Assembly: GCA_965649825.1 (NCBI GenBank)
Contig: OZ287712.1
Location: forward strand, 248,001 to 312,000
Source of the DNA: Penicillus capitatus
Lineage: Eukaryota; Plantae; Chlorophyta
Reading direction: 5' to 3'
DNA length: 64,000 nt
Part shown: piece by piece, positions 24,203 to 35,609 of the stretch
Layout: every line of letters begins with the position of its first letter
How positions within the stretch are numbered: the first letter of the stretch is position 1
Made by a program: the position numbers and the translations under genes
Notes under the pieces: model-generated
Told to the model about the DNA's origin: nothing
The model's database searches: none
The model's input: the letters and a program-made list of their open reading frames with translations, nothing else

Positions 24203-24601
24203 TGATACGCGCGAATATCGAATTGTTAAAACAGACAGACGTTTGTTTCCTGTCAGAATGACTAGAGCAGTCACATCGTGACTGCCTAGATTTCCGAGGG
24301 TTCTGTCTCCGAGATGGCACTTACTAAGGGTTAACGTCACCTCAGAGTCCTTTTCCTATGGCTCTGAGAGGCTGGTGACTCACTTGTCCTGTCACTATTA
24401 GCACATAAATCCGTAGACGTGGCCTTGTAGATACCTTGCTCTGTAACACAGTGAAGACTTCCCCTGACATTTCCAAAAGGATGATGATTGTTTTGATAAC
24501 CCCCTTTTATAGTATTTTTCTGCATGACGTTATGATGGCGTCATGCTTCATGTCACGTTGTGACCTTCTCCTTCAGTTCTTCTCCCCTCCTGACAGTGAC
24601 A
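24203..24601 (-). mobile_element. Solo-LTR-like insert B (399 bp)
   Basis: TG...CA termini; direct repeat CTGAC (24198-24202, 24602-24606). Excision restores SEGQ-RSDFKG in frame. TATAAAAG on the minus strand at 24504-24511. Confidence 0.8.
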
Positions 24602-26652
24602 CTGACCTTCGCTCAGATGCAGCCGAATCGGACGCACCCTGCACCATCGCTCAGAACATGCAATTTGCTATTCATACCTCCAAAGATATTGAACGGTACG
24701 CCCGATCAAGCGTGGCTAGTTGCCCCTTTTTCAGGCTTGATGCCATACGATGTGCCTTCAGATGAGTGGCGTCAATCATCAGCATATCCGCCTCTGCAGC
24801 ATTTGGTTTGACCAGTTCTTCGAAGATATTCTTGAAAACACCGTTCTTGACCAGCACACAAAACGATGTAAAGTGTTTTAAGGGGTCGTATTCAGGCGAT
24901 GCATCACACCAGCGTGAACCATTGCCAATAATGAAGATAATACCGCTGAGAACACGTCTGTCATCGACCCTGGGACGGCCGTGTGTCTTTGGGAAATGGG
25001 GTTTAAGACGCGATATCTGCTCATCGCTCAAACAAAATAGATTGCTCATGGGCAGGCTCTGTTTTAGAGATATTGAATCGCTTTACTTTCCTGAGGTCAA
25101 TGGTTTCTGAGCCTAACGCTGTACCAGCTGGAGACGGGGAGGAACGAAATAGCTATACTGCCACTGCTTATTGCGCATAGGTGGTGGTTGCAGCTTTGCT
25201 GTCAGCATATGGTCTGCCGGTTCGGGTGCTAATCTCCACCCGGACAGCCGTCCTTTTTAGTTTTTTTTTTAATCCTTCTTCGCCTTGCTGATTTGTAAGC
25301 GCCAGGGCTTCACTAGATCGCTTTGCCTTCTGTCGAAAAATAGCCGAAACAATTAAACACACTCAAATTGGTTTTTGTTCGATCATGCATGCACACACAG
25401 CCCTCCGATGAAAAACAGCGGTCAGTTCCACGATCTCAGTCATTGCTTAATAGCAAAGGTGAAGAACTGCTCCGACAACATCAGCAATGCACACCATCTG
25501 GCAATGGCCATCTGAGGTAAACAAGCATCTTCAACTGGCACTGAGGCAAAAGACCGTTCGTGCGATGTAGATAACTTGAACTCTGTAATGCTGCTGAGTC
25601 ACTCGTCTTCGAACAGAACACTGCCACGCTCGTCCTTGCCGACAAGGCAGCAAGAAAGTATGGTTCCTTTCATGATGAAATCGGATGTCAGTCATGTGAT
25701 AAATGAAGTGCTCGAGACGAATGATCTTCCCACATCTCAATCGCAGAATTCGGATTACTGAACGGACAACGACAACGATGTCAACAAAGAGTCGTCGTGC
25801 CAAGCTGATGAGACTGAGACGGAAGACGTCTGCATTGCCGTACGACGTTATCGTGGACTCCGTTCTCTGTCCTCGGAAGGGCATTGTCCCAGAGATTGTT
25901 CTGATCCTCATTAAATACTTGCAGCAGGTGATGCTATTCTCCCAGGATGGTAGGATTGTTTTGTTTGTGGCGACTGAACCACGCAACCCGAATGTGCATT
26001 TCGACATCGATCTGACAAATCGATCGCAGTCGAACGAGATACTTCGCATACGTCAAATCGAATGTCGATTACATCTGGATGATACACATCGTTTACTGTT
26101 GTGACAAATGGAACTTCTCATTTGTACGAAGAACACTGGTTCATGTAATCTGCGTAAAACTAGTAAATCTCGGAGCCATGCTTCAGAATAAAGGAGCTGC
26201 CGAAGTCCAGGTTTCTCAAAGAAGACGATGTCTTTTGCAGATTCATTCAAAGCCTCCGCTGTGACGACAGAGAGGCCATCTTCAAACTGATTGTGTATTA
26301 CTGGACGATAAATGACACATGCGATACAAAACACTGTTGTGGGCAAAAAGGAAGAGATTCATGATCCTTTTTATGTGTTTTTCAGTACGCGTCCTCATAA
26401 TCAGCGACACGTTTAAGTCTTAAAGAAGATATCCGGCCTTTCATCGATTCTGACTTAAGCCGGCACTTGTTAGTCAGCCAGGAGAGCAAAAAGAACAGCC
26501 CTCATGGGAAGAACCTTTGTCACTGTACCCAGACTGACTGATGCAGTAAACGATACACTAGACTTGCGTTTATTCAACTGAAAAAAGACAAACTCCTGAG
26601 ACATAGCAAACAGAAAAGGTGTCATACATCTAAGCCACTGATGTGAAGCGAT

Positions 26653-29600
26653 TCACACACTGAAAGAGGGGCCTGGATTGTTTGGCAGATTGGAAGGTTC
26701 GCCACTTCGTTTGTGGCACAAGCGTCCGACGCATTGCGTCACACGTGTAAAAAGAAAAGCCCTCAAGACTCGGAGGGTGCTCCAATCCTGGACACCTTCC
26801 ATGCCTTGGTCCTCAAGGACAGCCTTCAGATAGATTTCCGCAGATTTGGTGAAAGTGTAGGACAGAACAAGGAAGAACCCACAGATCGCCATGGATAGCA
26901 AAAGTGTGAGGAGAATTTTGACAGCATCAGAGGTGCGATTGTCATTGAAGAACAAACCAGAGGCAAAGGTCAGCTGAGACACAACCAAAGATGCGGTCTC
27001 GAAGCCGTTCAGAAAACCATAAGGCTCGTCGAATGGCTGATAGGTAACATGGACATAGATTGCGAATGTGAGAATGCAAACAGCCAGGATCCCTTGGATG
27101 TTGGTTCCCAAGGGATAGGAGAAGGCAACCACGACGGTCAATACAGCCTTTCTGAGCATCACTATAGATTCCCAGAAAACAAAACGCTCCTTGTATGCGC
27201 GGTACAGGAATCCGGTGGCATCAGAGAACCAGGGATTCTGACCGGGTTTCTGAGAGCGTTGTCTGATCAGGACGTAAGCCAAAAAGGCAGGTAGTCCAAA
27301 GGAGAAGATGACGAGGACGGGCCAACCCGCAGTTGCGGCGAGCAGAGCATGAGATCCTTCATAGCATTTCAGGGAAGTATCGAGTGCCCAGTATTTGTCA
27401 GTATGCTCATCTTCGAAGTTGACGGAGTCATGCACTCTGATGCAGTGAAGCGTGTTGACGGCTGTCTTGGTAATTGACACGTAGGTAAGGTAAGCAACGG
27501 CCAGGAAACTGAGTAGTGCTCTCTTCGCGAAGTACCAGGTGTTTTCGTGGTACTTTCGCGTCAAGAAGATCCAGAAAATGACGTAGAACAGAAATATGCC
27601 TGCAGGGATGAGAAGGTGGATGATGGAACGCATGACGGATCTGGGTGGATCGTTGTGTCGATCAAACAGGCAGTCTACAGAGAGCGCGATCCCTGCAGTA
27701 GCAGCTCCGCTCAGGAAGTCTGCAAGACACAAGAGAGTGTCGCCAAGAGATTCTTGAATTCAGAAGCCCCATAGCATACCTGCCGCGAACAGCAATGAAC
27801 GCATCCAATTGGTCCAGTTCAGATTGATGATTGCAGCTGCGGCGATCACCTGAAGGAAATTGATGCCGATCTATGATACAGAGCAAGTCTGATATTGGAA
27901 TGTGTCAAAAGGATTTGCCTTGAAGATTTCGACGACCGTTCGCTTCGCGACTGTCGGATCCGAGATTGATGCTCTTTTCCTCGATACGGAATCGGGCAGA
28001 TCTGGGCGAGCACCTTCTGACGTTATCTCTCCGGTGTGCGTCGTCTCTACCAGCTCGAAGTGACCTGGAATGTTGTTGGTCGAGATTCTTTTCTTCGAAG
28101 GAACAAGACGACGATTTCTTCGACTGACCCGATCGGTCCGATTTTGATTCACCACAGGCATCCGTGTGTTCAAGTTGCTTCTGATTGCGAAGCTGGAGAG
28201 AAGGAACAACACAAGGATGGAAGCCACAAGAAGCATCGCCGTCTCAGCGTCCCGGTGGCATTCGTCGCACTCAAAGGACCAAGAGCGTCCATAACCAACA
28301 TCACAGGCGCCACAGAGGAAACCAGTGTAACCCTAATAAGGTAGAATGATTGGCAATTTCATTGCTGAGAATAGCCACACTTTTTTACACTGAGCCTCGG
28401 AGTAGTCTCTGTCTAATGTCTCTTCGATCTCGCAAGTCTCTATTTCATTCGTCAAGTCGTTCAAAGCATCTTCTCGGCCACTGAAGTCACACGCCTCTCT
28501 CGAAACACATTGCTGGACGTGACGAGAACAGGGGGACCGATGCCAATAACCCTTGTTTGGGTGGATGACGTTCGTAGTACAGTTACCGTTCTCCGGACAG
28601 GGCAGGCACATAGATGCATCTGAGTCAAAGTTGTATTGTGATCCACTGCAGCGGACACAGAGTGTCAAGTTTTCTTGGGCGAACTCCCCAAGCTGACACT
28701 CTCTGACTTCGACTTCGACGGAGAGCGGCTCCAGACTGGGTTCGCTGAAGTTCATTCGGATCTCGTATCGGCCTGGACGCTGAAATCCAGAGATCGGCGG
28801 GAAGCTCTTCTGCTTCTCATTCACCTGCGTGTTGAACTCTCCAGAGAACAGACCGTCCGGAGAGTACATCGTTGCCTGGACAAATGCATCCCCTTCGCCG
28901 AGGGCCGGACTCTGTCCGTACCCGTCCACGATCTCGACAAGAAGCATCGGAAGAGAGTCTCCGCTTCGGTGATTCCCAGAAACGAGTTCGTTGTTCTCGA
29001 TAGGCCGTTCACTGTCGTCTTGACCATTGCCGATTGCAAATCCGCTGACGGATCTCGCATACGAGGCAATGACTGGACCATACAGATCAGCCTGGTTGGC
29101 CGTCCAGTCTGGGCACATATCCTTGGTCGATTTTAGCAGCTCCAGTGCTTCTAGAGCGTCTGTCTGGTACAACTCAGGAGGCGTTTCTGTGTCTTTAGAC
29201 CAGCAGGAGTAACGAAGGACGTTCGGATCCTGTGTGAAGATGGCACCTCCGGATGTCTTGGCTCGATTGTTTGAGAACGTGCTGCCGGTCACTGCCACAA
29301 AGGTGCAAGAAGCATTTGATCTCGTGCAGTCTTGTTGATGTCGCTGAGTGGAAACATGCACCGCACCTATGGCACAATCATAAGAGTTGTTCTGCTTTCA
29401 AACTATAAAGACACCTCCAAGATCGGCACTGTTGTCATTGAATGTGCAGTTGTTCAGCTGCAGTGACAGAGATTGGGGCTCGGAGGAACCAAAAGCGATC
29501 GCTCCTCCATGTCCTTTTGCGTCGTTGTCGCTAAAGACGCATCTGGAGCACAGGAAGGTGGATGACGCATTCGCCAAAACAGCCCCTCCGTTTTCCTTGG

Positions 29601-32600
29601 CCATGCAATCGGAGATCTTGAGTTCATCAGCTGTGAGACTTGATCCAGTGAGTAAAATGCTTCCGCCACTCATTGCTTTGGAGTTCGATAGCAAAGTGTT
29701 TAAGATTGTCAATGAACTGTTCAGTGTTGCTGCGATTGATCCCCCAGCGACGGTAGCCTTGTCGTCCGTGAAATTAGACCTTGTCAGTTGTAACCTGGAA
29801 GTCTTCATGACGATGGATCCTCCGATGGCGCCCTTGTTTCTTCGAAAAGTTGTTGCATCTGCATTCATCTCAGCGTCCTCGAGGTAAGCGGCGCCTCCGT
29901 CGCTAACTGCTTTGTTGTTCTCAATTGTACAGTCATTAAGAAACACTCGCGCCTGCGTTTTAATGTATAGGCAGCCTCCAGTATCGGCTTTGTTGTTTAG
30001 AAAGGAACAATTTGTCGCCCGGAAGATGCTCGATAATTCACTGTACAGGCACGCTCCTTTCCCTTCCACTTCATTGCTCACGATCGATCCACCAATGACA
30101 ATCATTTCCCCTTCATGGAGACGAACTGCACCGCCACCTATGAGTGCGCGATTGGACGATATCCTTGAATTCTCCAGAACAAGTTTGCTGTTCGTGTAAC
30201 AACTGATTCCTCCAGCAGCTGAAGTGACGGTGTTGGACTCAACGATGCATTTCGATAGGTGCGCAAGTGTCTTGCTTTGAACGGTCAGACCCCCACTGTC
30301 TGGGGCCGAATTGGATTGCAATACAGAATCGGATAGATTGAACAAGGTTCTGCTTGAGCAACTGATTCCTCCTCCTACGACAGCAGCATTGTTGCTGCGG
30401 ATGATCAGATCGCTGCCAGCCGCGTTGCACGTGGCCAAGAAGAAGCCGCCTCCTTCTACAGTGGCTTGGTTCGACAAAAACAAGGAGTTCAGGATCGTTG
30501 TCTCACTCTGCTCGCATGCAAAGCCACCTCCGTTTTCCGTATCAGCTCTGTTTTCTGTGAAGTTTACGCTGAAAAGTGAAGTGGAAACGCGAATGACATG
30601 CACTCCGCCACCCGAGCCAGCGGTATTCTGTGATACGAAGCAGTCCTTCAGGCTGATCGTCGCAACCAAAGCACCCACACCTCCTCCAAAGATTTCTGCA
30701 GTGTTCCCAACGAAACTATCATTATCCACATCTGCTCTTGCTTCTTCGACCATTAAGCCAGCACCTTCATTGGCCTCGTTTCCTGTATAGCTGCATCTGA
30801 CAGACTCGACGCTTGAGTTCTTGACGGAAACTCCTCCTCCTTTCACTTGAGCAGAGTTCGCTGACCATGTCACTTCTTCCAGACGAGCGTTGCTTTCCTC
30901 GCGGATCCCTGCTCCACCACCGTCGAGGGTAGCGCTGTTGCCAGCGAAGACGCATCGGCGAACGAGAAGATCGTCTGAGGCGCTGCAGTCAAGGCCTCCG
31001 CCTGTTCTGGCAGAATTGTTGTTCACTGTGCATCTGCTAAGTTGCATCTGAGTGGATGCGGAGAGGAAGATACCTCCTCCCTTGTCATTTGCTGCATTCT
31101 CTTCGAAGGTCGTGTCCACGATCTTGCTCTCCGAAACGCCATCGAAGTGAATAGCACCGCCGCTGTCAGCAGTGTTCTTCGACATCACGGATCCGCGGAC
31201 GACGAGATCCCTCGATGCAGATATCTGCAGACAGCCACCGTCTCTGGCCGTGCCGTTGCTGCAGTCCAGTGCAGATACCCTCGACGAGCTGCTCTTCGTC
31301 AGGAGGATGGACCCTCCTCTTCCCGATGCATTGTTGCTGCGGAAGATGGAGGAGATCAGCTCCAGTATTCCATTGGAGACATAGAGAGCGCCTGCGTCCG
31401 TTGTAGCCGCGTTGTCTTGGAAGGAGCAGCCGTCGATCGTCAGATTTCCGTCGAAAGAGGCGATGGCGGCTCCGTTCTCTGCGGCATTGGACGTGAAGCT
31501 GCAGTTGGAGACTGAGAGGTTCTTTGTTGAATTCGACAGGATGGCAGCTCCAGAGAACACGGCGGAGTTCTCGCGGAACGAACTGTCGACGACAGTGGCT
31601 GTCTGAACACGGTCCAGCAGGAGAGAGGACTCTGTGGAGGTTCTGATATCGGCATTCCTCATGTCCAGGCTGCCTTCTACAACGCGGAGAACGGCGAGTT
31701 CGTTTGAGCTGGCGGTCAGACCTTCCACCGATGACGAGGAACCCGGCGGAGACGACATCAACGATAATGACGAGTTCTCTCCGGACAGTCCTGTGTTCCT
31801 CCGGAGCCTCAGTCCTCTCAGATCGTTCTCCGGTGCCAGTCTGGCAAAGCACTGATCGCCGCAAGTGTTGTTCGAGAATACGACATCGATCATCTCAACG
31901 GAAGAGCACAACGAGCTGGAAGCAGAGAGGCCACTTGCTCCGTTAAGCGAATTGCGCCTGAACGCCACGTGATGCAGACTGATCTTCCCCAGAGGACCCT
32001 CCCGGAGGCAGCTGTCAACCTGGACGATGGATGCGCCTTCTGCGTCCAATGTACAGCCCCGAAAGACCATATTGGCGAGGAGCACATTCTGAGACCTGTA
32101 CAGTCATAACGGTCAGTCACTTTGCCTGGTTGGCAGTTGCTGTGGCTGGATCTACCTTATGTGAAAGACTCCATCTTCTGACGGACATCTGAATCGAATC
32201 TTCCGGTCTGCCTTCGGAAAGATGCCATCGATGGGATCGGTTGATGGGACGTTGGAGCTCAGAGTGAGATTCCACTGCACAACAATTCGAGCAGACACTC
32301 GTATCTCGTCTTCGACATTCAGTAGGATGACATCGTTCTCTCTTGTGCAGTTGATAATGACACCGAGGTCTTCCGCTACGCCTTCCAGTGCCCTCGAGTC
32401 AATCAGCCACGTCCTTGACTCCTCGTCTAGCAGATCTGATATCTCCTTTCGCGTCAGCTGACACTCCGTATCTAATCACACCATACACAGTTCACAGTTT
32501 CGGTGAGACTAATGCATCGGTTGTTGTATTACCTTCTCCAACGGCGCCACGGGATCTTCTTTGGGATAGACCACGAGTCGCCGGGCGTTCCTAAGAACAA

Positions 32601-32979
32601 ACCATCATCCCTTTCTCCGAATGCTAAAGGGAAGGTAGATACCTGAGCAGCTGCAGCAGAACCGGTCACCTCTTGCGTCCACTGTGAAAGTCGTTCGCGG
32701 CGAACCCCTGGCAAAACGCGAACGTAATCAATCGCTGTTCATCGAACGAAGGAGCGAGAATGCGATGCATCGTAATGCAAATAATGACGACAGTTTAAGT
32801 TGCCAGCCAAGCATTCTTCTGAGACGACGTTTGGCTGACTCACCTTCGGACTGAAGACGCTCCGCGAAAGAGACAAGGATTTCTTCTCGGGACTGAGCTG
32901 CGGCTAGAGCAAATGTCAGCAGCAGCGAGCAAAGGAACATCGCGGTAGGGCATCCATGCTTTCTCGCAGTGGAAGGCAT
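26653..32979 (-). CDS. Large beta-helix (Pmp-like) surface protein with multi-pass TM domain, copy 2
   Basis: Exon-for-exon paralogue of 3618-9937. Signal peptide MPSTARKHGCPTAMFLCSLLLTFALAAA; same GC-AG intron (27871-27918). Confidence 0.85.
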
Positions 32980-34807
32980 CTCCTTCCATCTGTCCCTGTG
33001 ACTGTCAGGTCTGCCGCTGTGCGTAGGGAAACAAGATCCGCCATGTGTGCCTTTTTGGGCTTTGCGTTCAACCGTGCTGACCAACATGCCTCTCTGGCTA
33101 AAAAATCTGAACAAGCGACTATGATAATGCGAATCGAAATCCAGCGTTTAAATATGCTCTTTAGATGAAGCTTCGGGTCGGTGGACGACGAACATGAATA
33201 GCAACGAAGTTGAGAATCAATGACCACTGTTATGACCGAGAACTTGCCAGCTGTGTTTGCGTTTGGCCAGCACTTGCATCCATTGTCAGGAGGTCGCCAT
33301 CTCCCCAAGGCTACGAAGACACCCGAACGAAATCTTAGACAGCGCGTGTCAGCAATTCTGAAACACTAACGTCGGCTTCTCGCGCTTTTTCCTTTCCTCA
33401 CATGACCAGGCATTATTCCGACCATGCCTGTGTTTTTGCGCTGGCCATGTTCATTCGCCTGTTGAACTTCAAATGGCAGTGTTGCATGGAAACTTGGTGA
33501 AAGAGCTCCTAAAGTTAGAGACAAACGACTTCTTCCATTTCTCGCCGAAATTGTTTAGTTGCCGTGCCGAGAATCATGTCTACGCGTCTAAACGTGTTGC
33601 CGGCCGAGTGACATAGGCAGAGAGAGCGGCGGATCGTGCTCACTGTGAAATGCGCAAGACGGTCATGACCTGAAAGGAGGCTCGGGCTGTGGACGACAGA
33701 GTTTACTGTACTACTTGCCCCCTCAGCGGTAAGGGAGTTACGCCGAGGAAGCGCTTCGAGCACTGTCGTCACCTGTTAGTTTGTTCGTCATTTTGTTCAC
33801 CATGACATCGGTTGACGTAACCGATGCAAAACCTTCTCAGTGATTCTCTTCTGTCTTCGTCGGATAAAAGTTATGAATAAAAAGGGTATGCATATCTGTG
33901 ATATCAGGACAGCGTTGTGCATTTGTATTAGTGCAACCTGCTGATCAGAGTACCGGTTTTCAAGTAAGGTCAGAAATAAAGCGCTTTGATCCCCGCGGTT
34001 CACTTGGCTGCATTAGGGACATGAAGATAGAGAAATAAACATACAGCAGAAAAACAGACACCATAGAATATGAACAATGAATACCTAAACCGCACCTTTC
34101 TCGAGTGCAGATTTTGGACATTATATTCGTAGTCATGACGATGTCTTTGACAGGCCAAATGGATGTCGCGCAGGAAGTTAGTTAATCATGCAAACATCCA
34201 TCCGATCCTGTTAAGAAGTCTTTGGTGTTCTCTCTTCTTTTTCTCATTGTGACATTGATGGTTTCCGTTGTCCAGTTAAGGATTCATGTCAGTCGACAGC
34301 GCCGCTGTTCGCATTGCTGCTGCGATAGATGTGATACGGCTTCAGAATGTGTAGCACAGCACTACAGGGTGAGGCAAGTGGCTGGACGGCTGCTTCGAGT
34401 CGCCGGCAAGAGGTGCTTGCTGTCGTTTTCCTCGCCAGAATAGACATGCAAAACGGTGTGAACGATGCAAAGACGTGGATTCTTCAAAAGCTGTTTTACA
34501 ACAGTTCGGACACAGACAAGAGAACTCGAAACGGTAGCAACTTGACGAATGGCTCCGCATGTCGTGTGCCACGTCATCCTTCGTGTGGTTCTTACGTGAT
34601 TTGCAACTCAGCAAACACGCAGCTGTTAGTCACCGACACGACAAGGCAGACAGCACTGCGAACTTCACAGCATGCATAACGCCATTCAGAAACCGTGACA
34701 TCATAGAACTGCGCGGGTATGTAAGCAGCGCGAAAGTACTCTTCGCACAAAGAGTTCATTCTGTGAAACAAACGGCGAAGTCGATTCGTAAGCACTGTCC
34801 CTTCGTC

Positions 34808-35609
34808 ATGTTGATTCTGGTCACAAAACCCTATATCTTTTGCCTTGTGAGTACCGCCAACGTCGCGTTTGTTAAAGTCTCCATCTGACTAACCGAAGGA
34901 TGTCTTTCACAGATCGCTGTGTGTTGCTTCGCATCATGTGAAGGTAACGGTGAAACACAAAAGTTTTAGTAAGATCGGAAGTGAATGTGTTCGCGCAGCG
35001 TCGCGTGTTGGCATGGGAAGTATTGCAGGGAAAGGTGTCTTCGTCGGAACAGCAGTAAAAGACATACTCCCTAGAAGACACTTATTGCAGCGAGAAGACG
35101 CTTCTCCGAGCGCCGACCCTCCGGCATCCGCTTCTCCGAGCCCGGACCCTCCGGCATCCGCTTCTCCGAGCCCGGACCCTCCGGCATCCGCTTCTCCGAG
35201 CGCCGACCCTCCGGCATCCGCTTCTCCGAGCCCGGACCCTCCGGCATCCGCTTCTCCGAGCGCCGACCCTCCGGCATCCGCTTCTCCGAGCGCCGACCCT
35301 CCGGCATCCGCTTCTCCGAGCGCCGACCCTCCGGCATCCGCTTCTCCGAGCGCCGACCCTCCGGCATCCGCTTCTCCGAGCGCCGACCCTCCGGCATCCG
35401 CTTCTCCGAGCGCCGACCCTCCGGCATCCGCTTCTCCGAGCCCGGACCCTCCGGCATCCGCTTCTCCGAGCCCGGACCCTCTGGCATCCGCTTCTCCGAG
35501 CGCCGACCCTCCGGCATCCGCTTCTCCGAGCCCGGTCCCTCTGGCAGTTGTTATTAACGGGGTCTCTATGGCAGCTGATATTAACGGGGTCCCTCCTCCC
35601 TGGATTTAG
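34808..35609 (+). CDS. Small secreted Ser/Pro-rich (HRGP/extensin-like) protein, copy 2
   Basis: MLILVTKPYIFCL|IAVCCFASCE|ASRVGMGSIAGKGVF...RRHLLQREDASPSADPPAS... with the same intron positions as the 11677 gene. Confidence 0.65.
35100..35546 (+). repeat. 30-bp coding tandem array, ~15 copies, encoding ASPS[A/P]DPPAS
   Basis: Unit gcttctccgagc(gcc/ccg)gaccctccggcatcc with two interspersed variants. Confidence 0.95.

Larger units (their letters stand above)
23617..25113 (-). mobile_element. IS5-family (IS427-like group) insertion sequence, two-ORF transposase, decayed and interrupted
   Basis: Terminal IRs GGCTCAG...CTGAGCC flanked by TA. orfA MSNLFCLSDEQISRLKPHFPKTHGRPRVDDRRVLSGIIF...MIDATHLKAHR..SSLKKG with an A5G4 slippery site. 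orfB LIGRT..GGMNSKLH...SEGQRSDF...ADRGYDS...FAKLKDWRRIA. Length is 840 bp after removing the two inserts and one TSD copy each. Confidence 0.92.

Noticed and set aside
23872-24601. Inserts as bacterial IS/MITEs
   Set aside because: They lack the extended terminal inverted repeats and transposase remnants expected. TG...CA ends with a 5-bp TSD, and a TATA-like motif in insert B, fit solo LTRs better. Not absolutely excluded.
19480-25560. Pure contamination or chimeric assembly
   Set aside because: Disfavoured, not disproved: the LTR-like inserts and decay of the IS imply residence in a eukaryotic genome. Read-level checks are still needed, especially for the phage part.
35100-35546. CRISPR array or satellite
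   Set aside because: In-frame 30-bp units inside a spliced secreted-protein ORF; no spacers.
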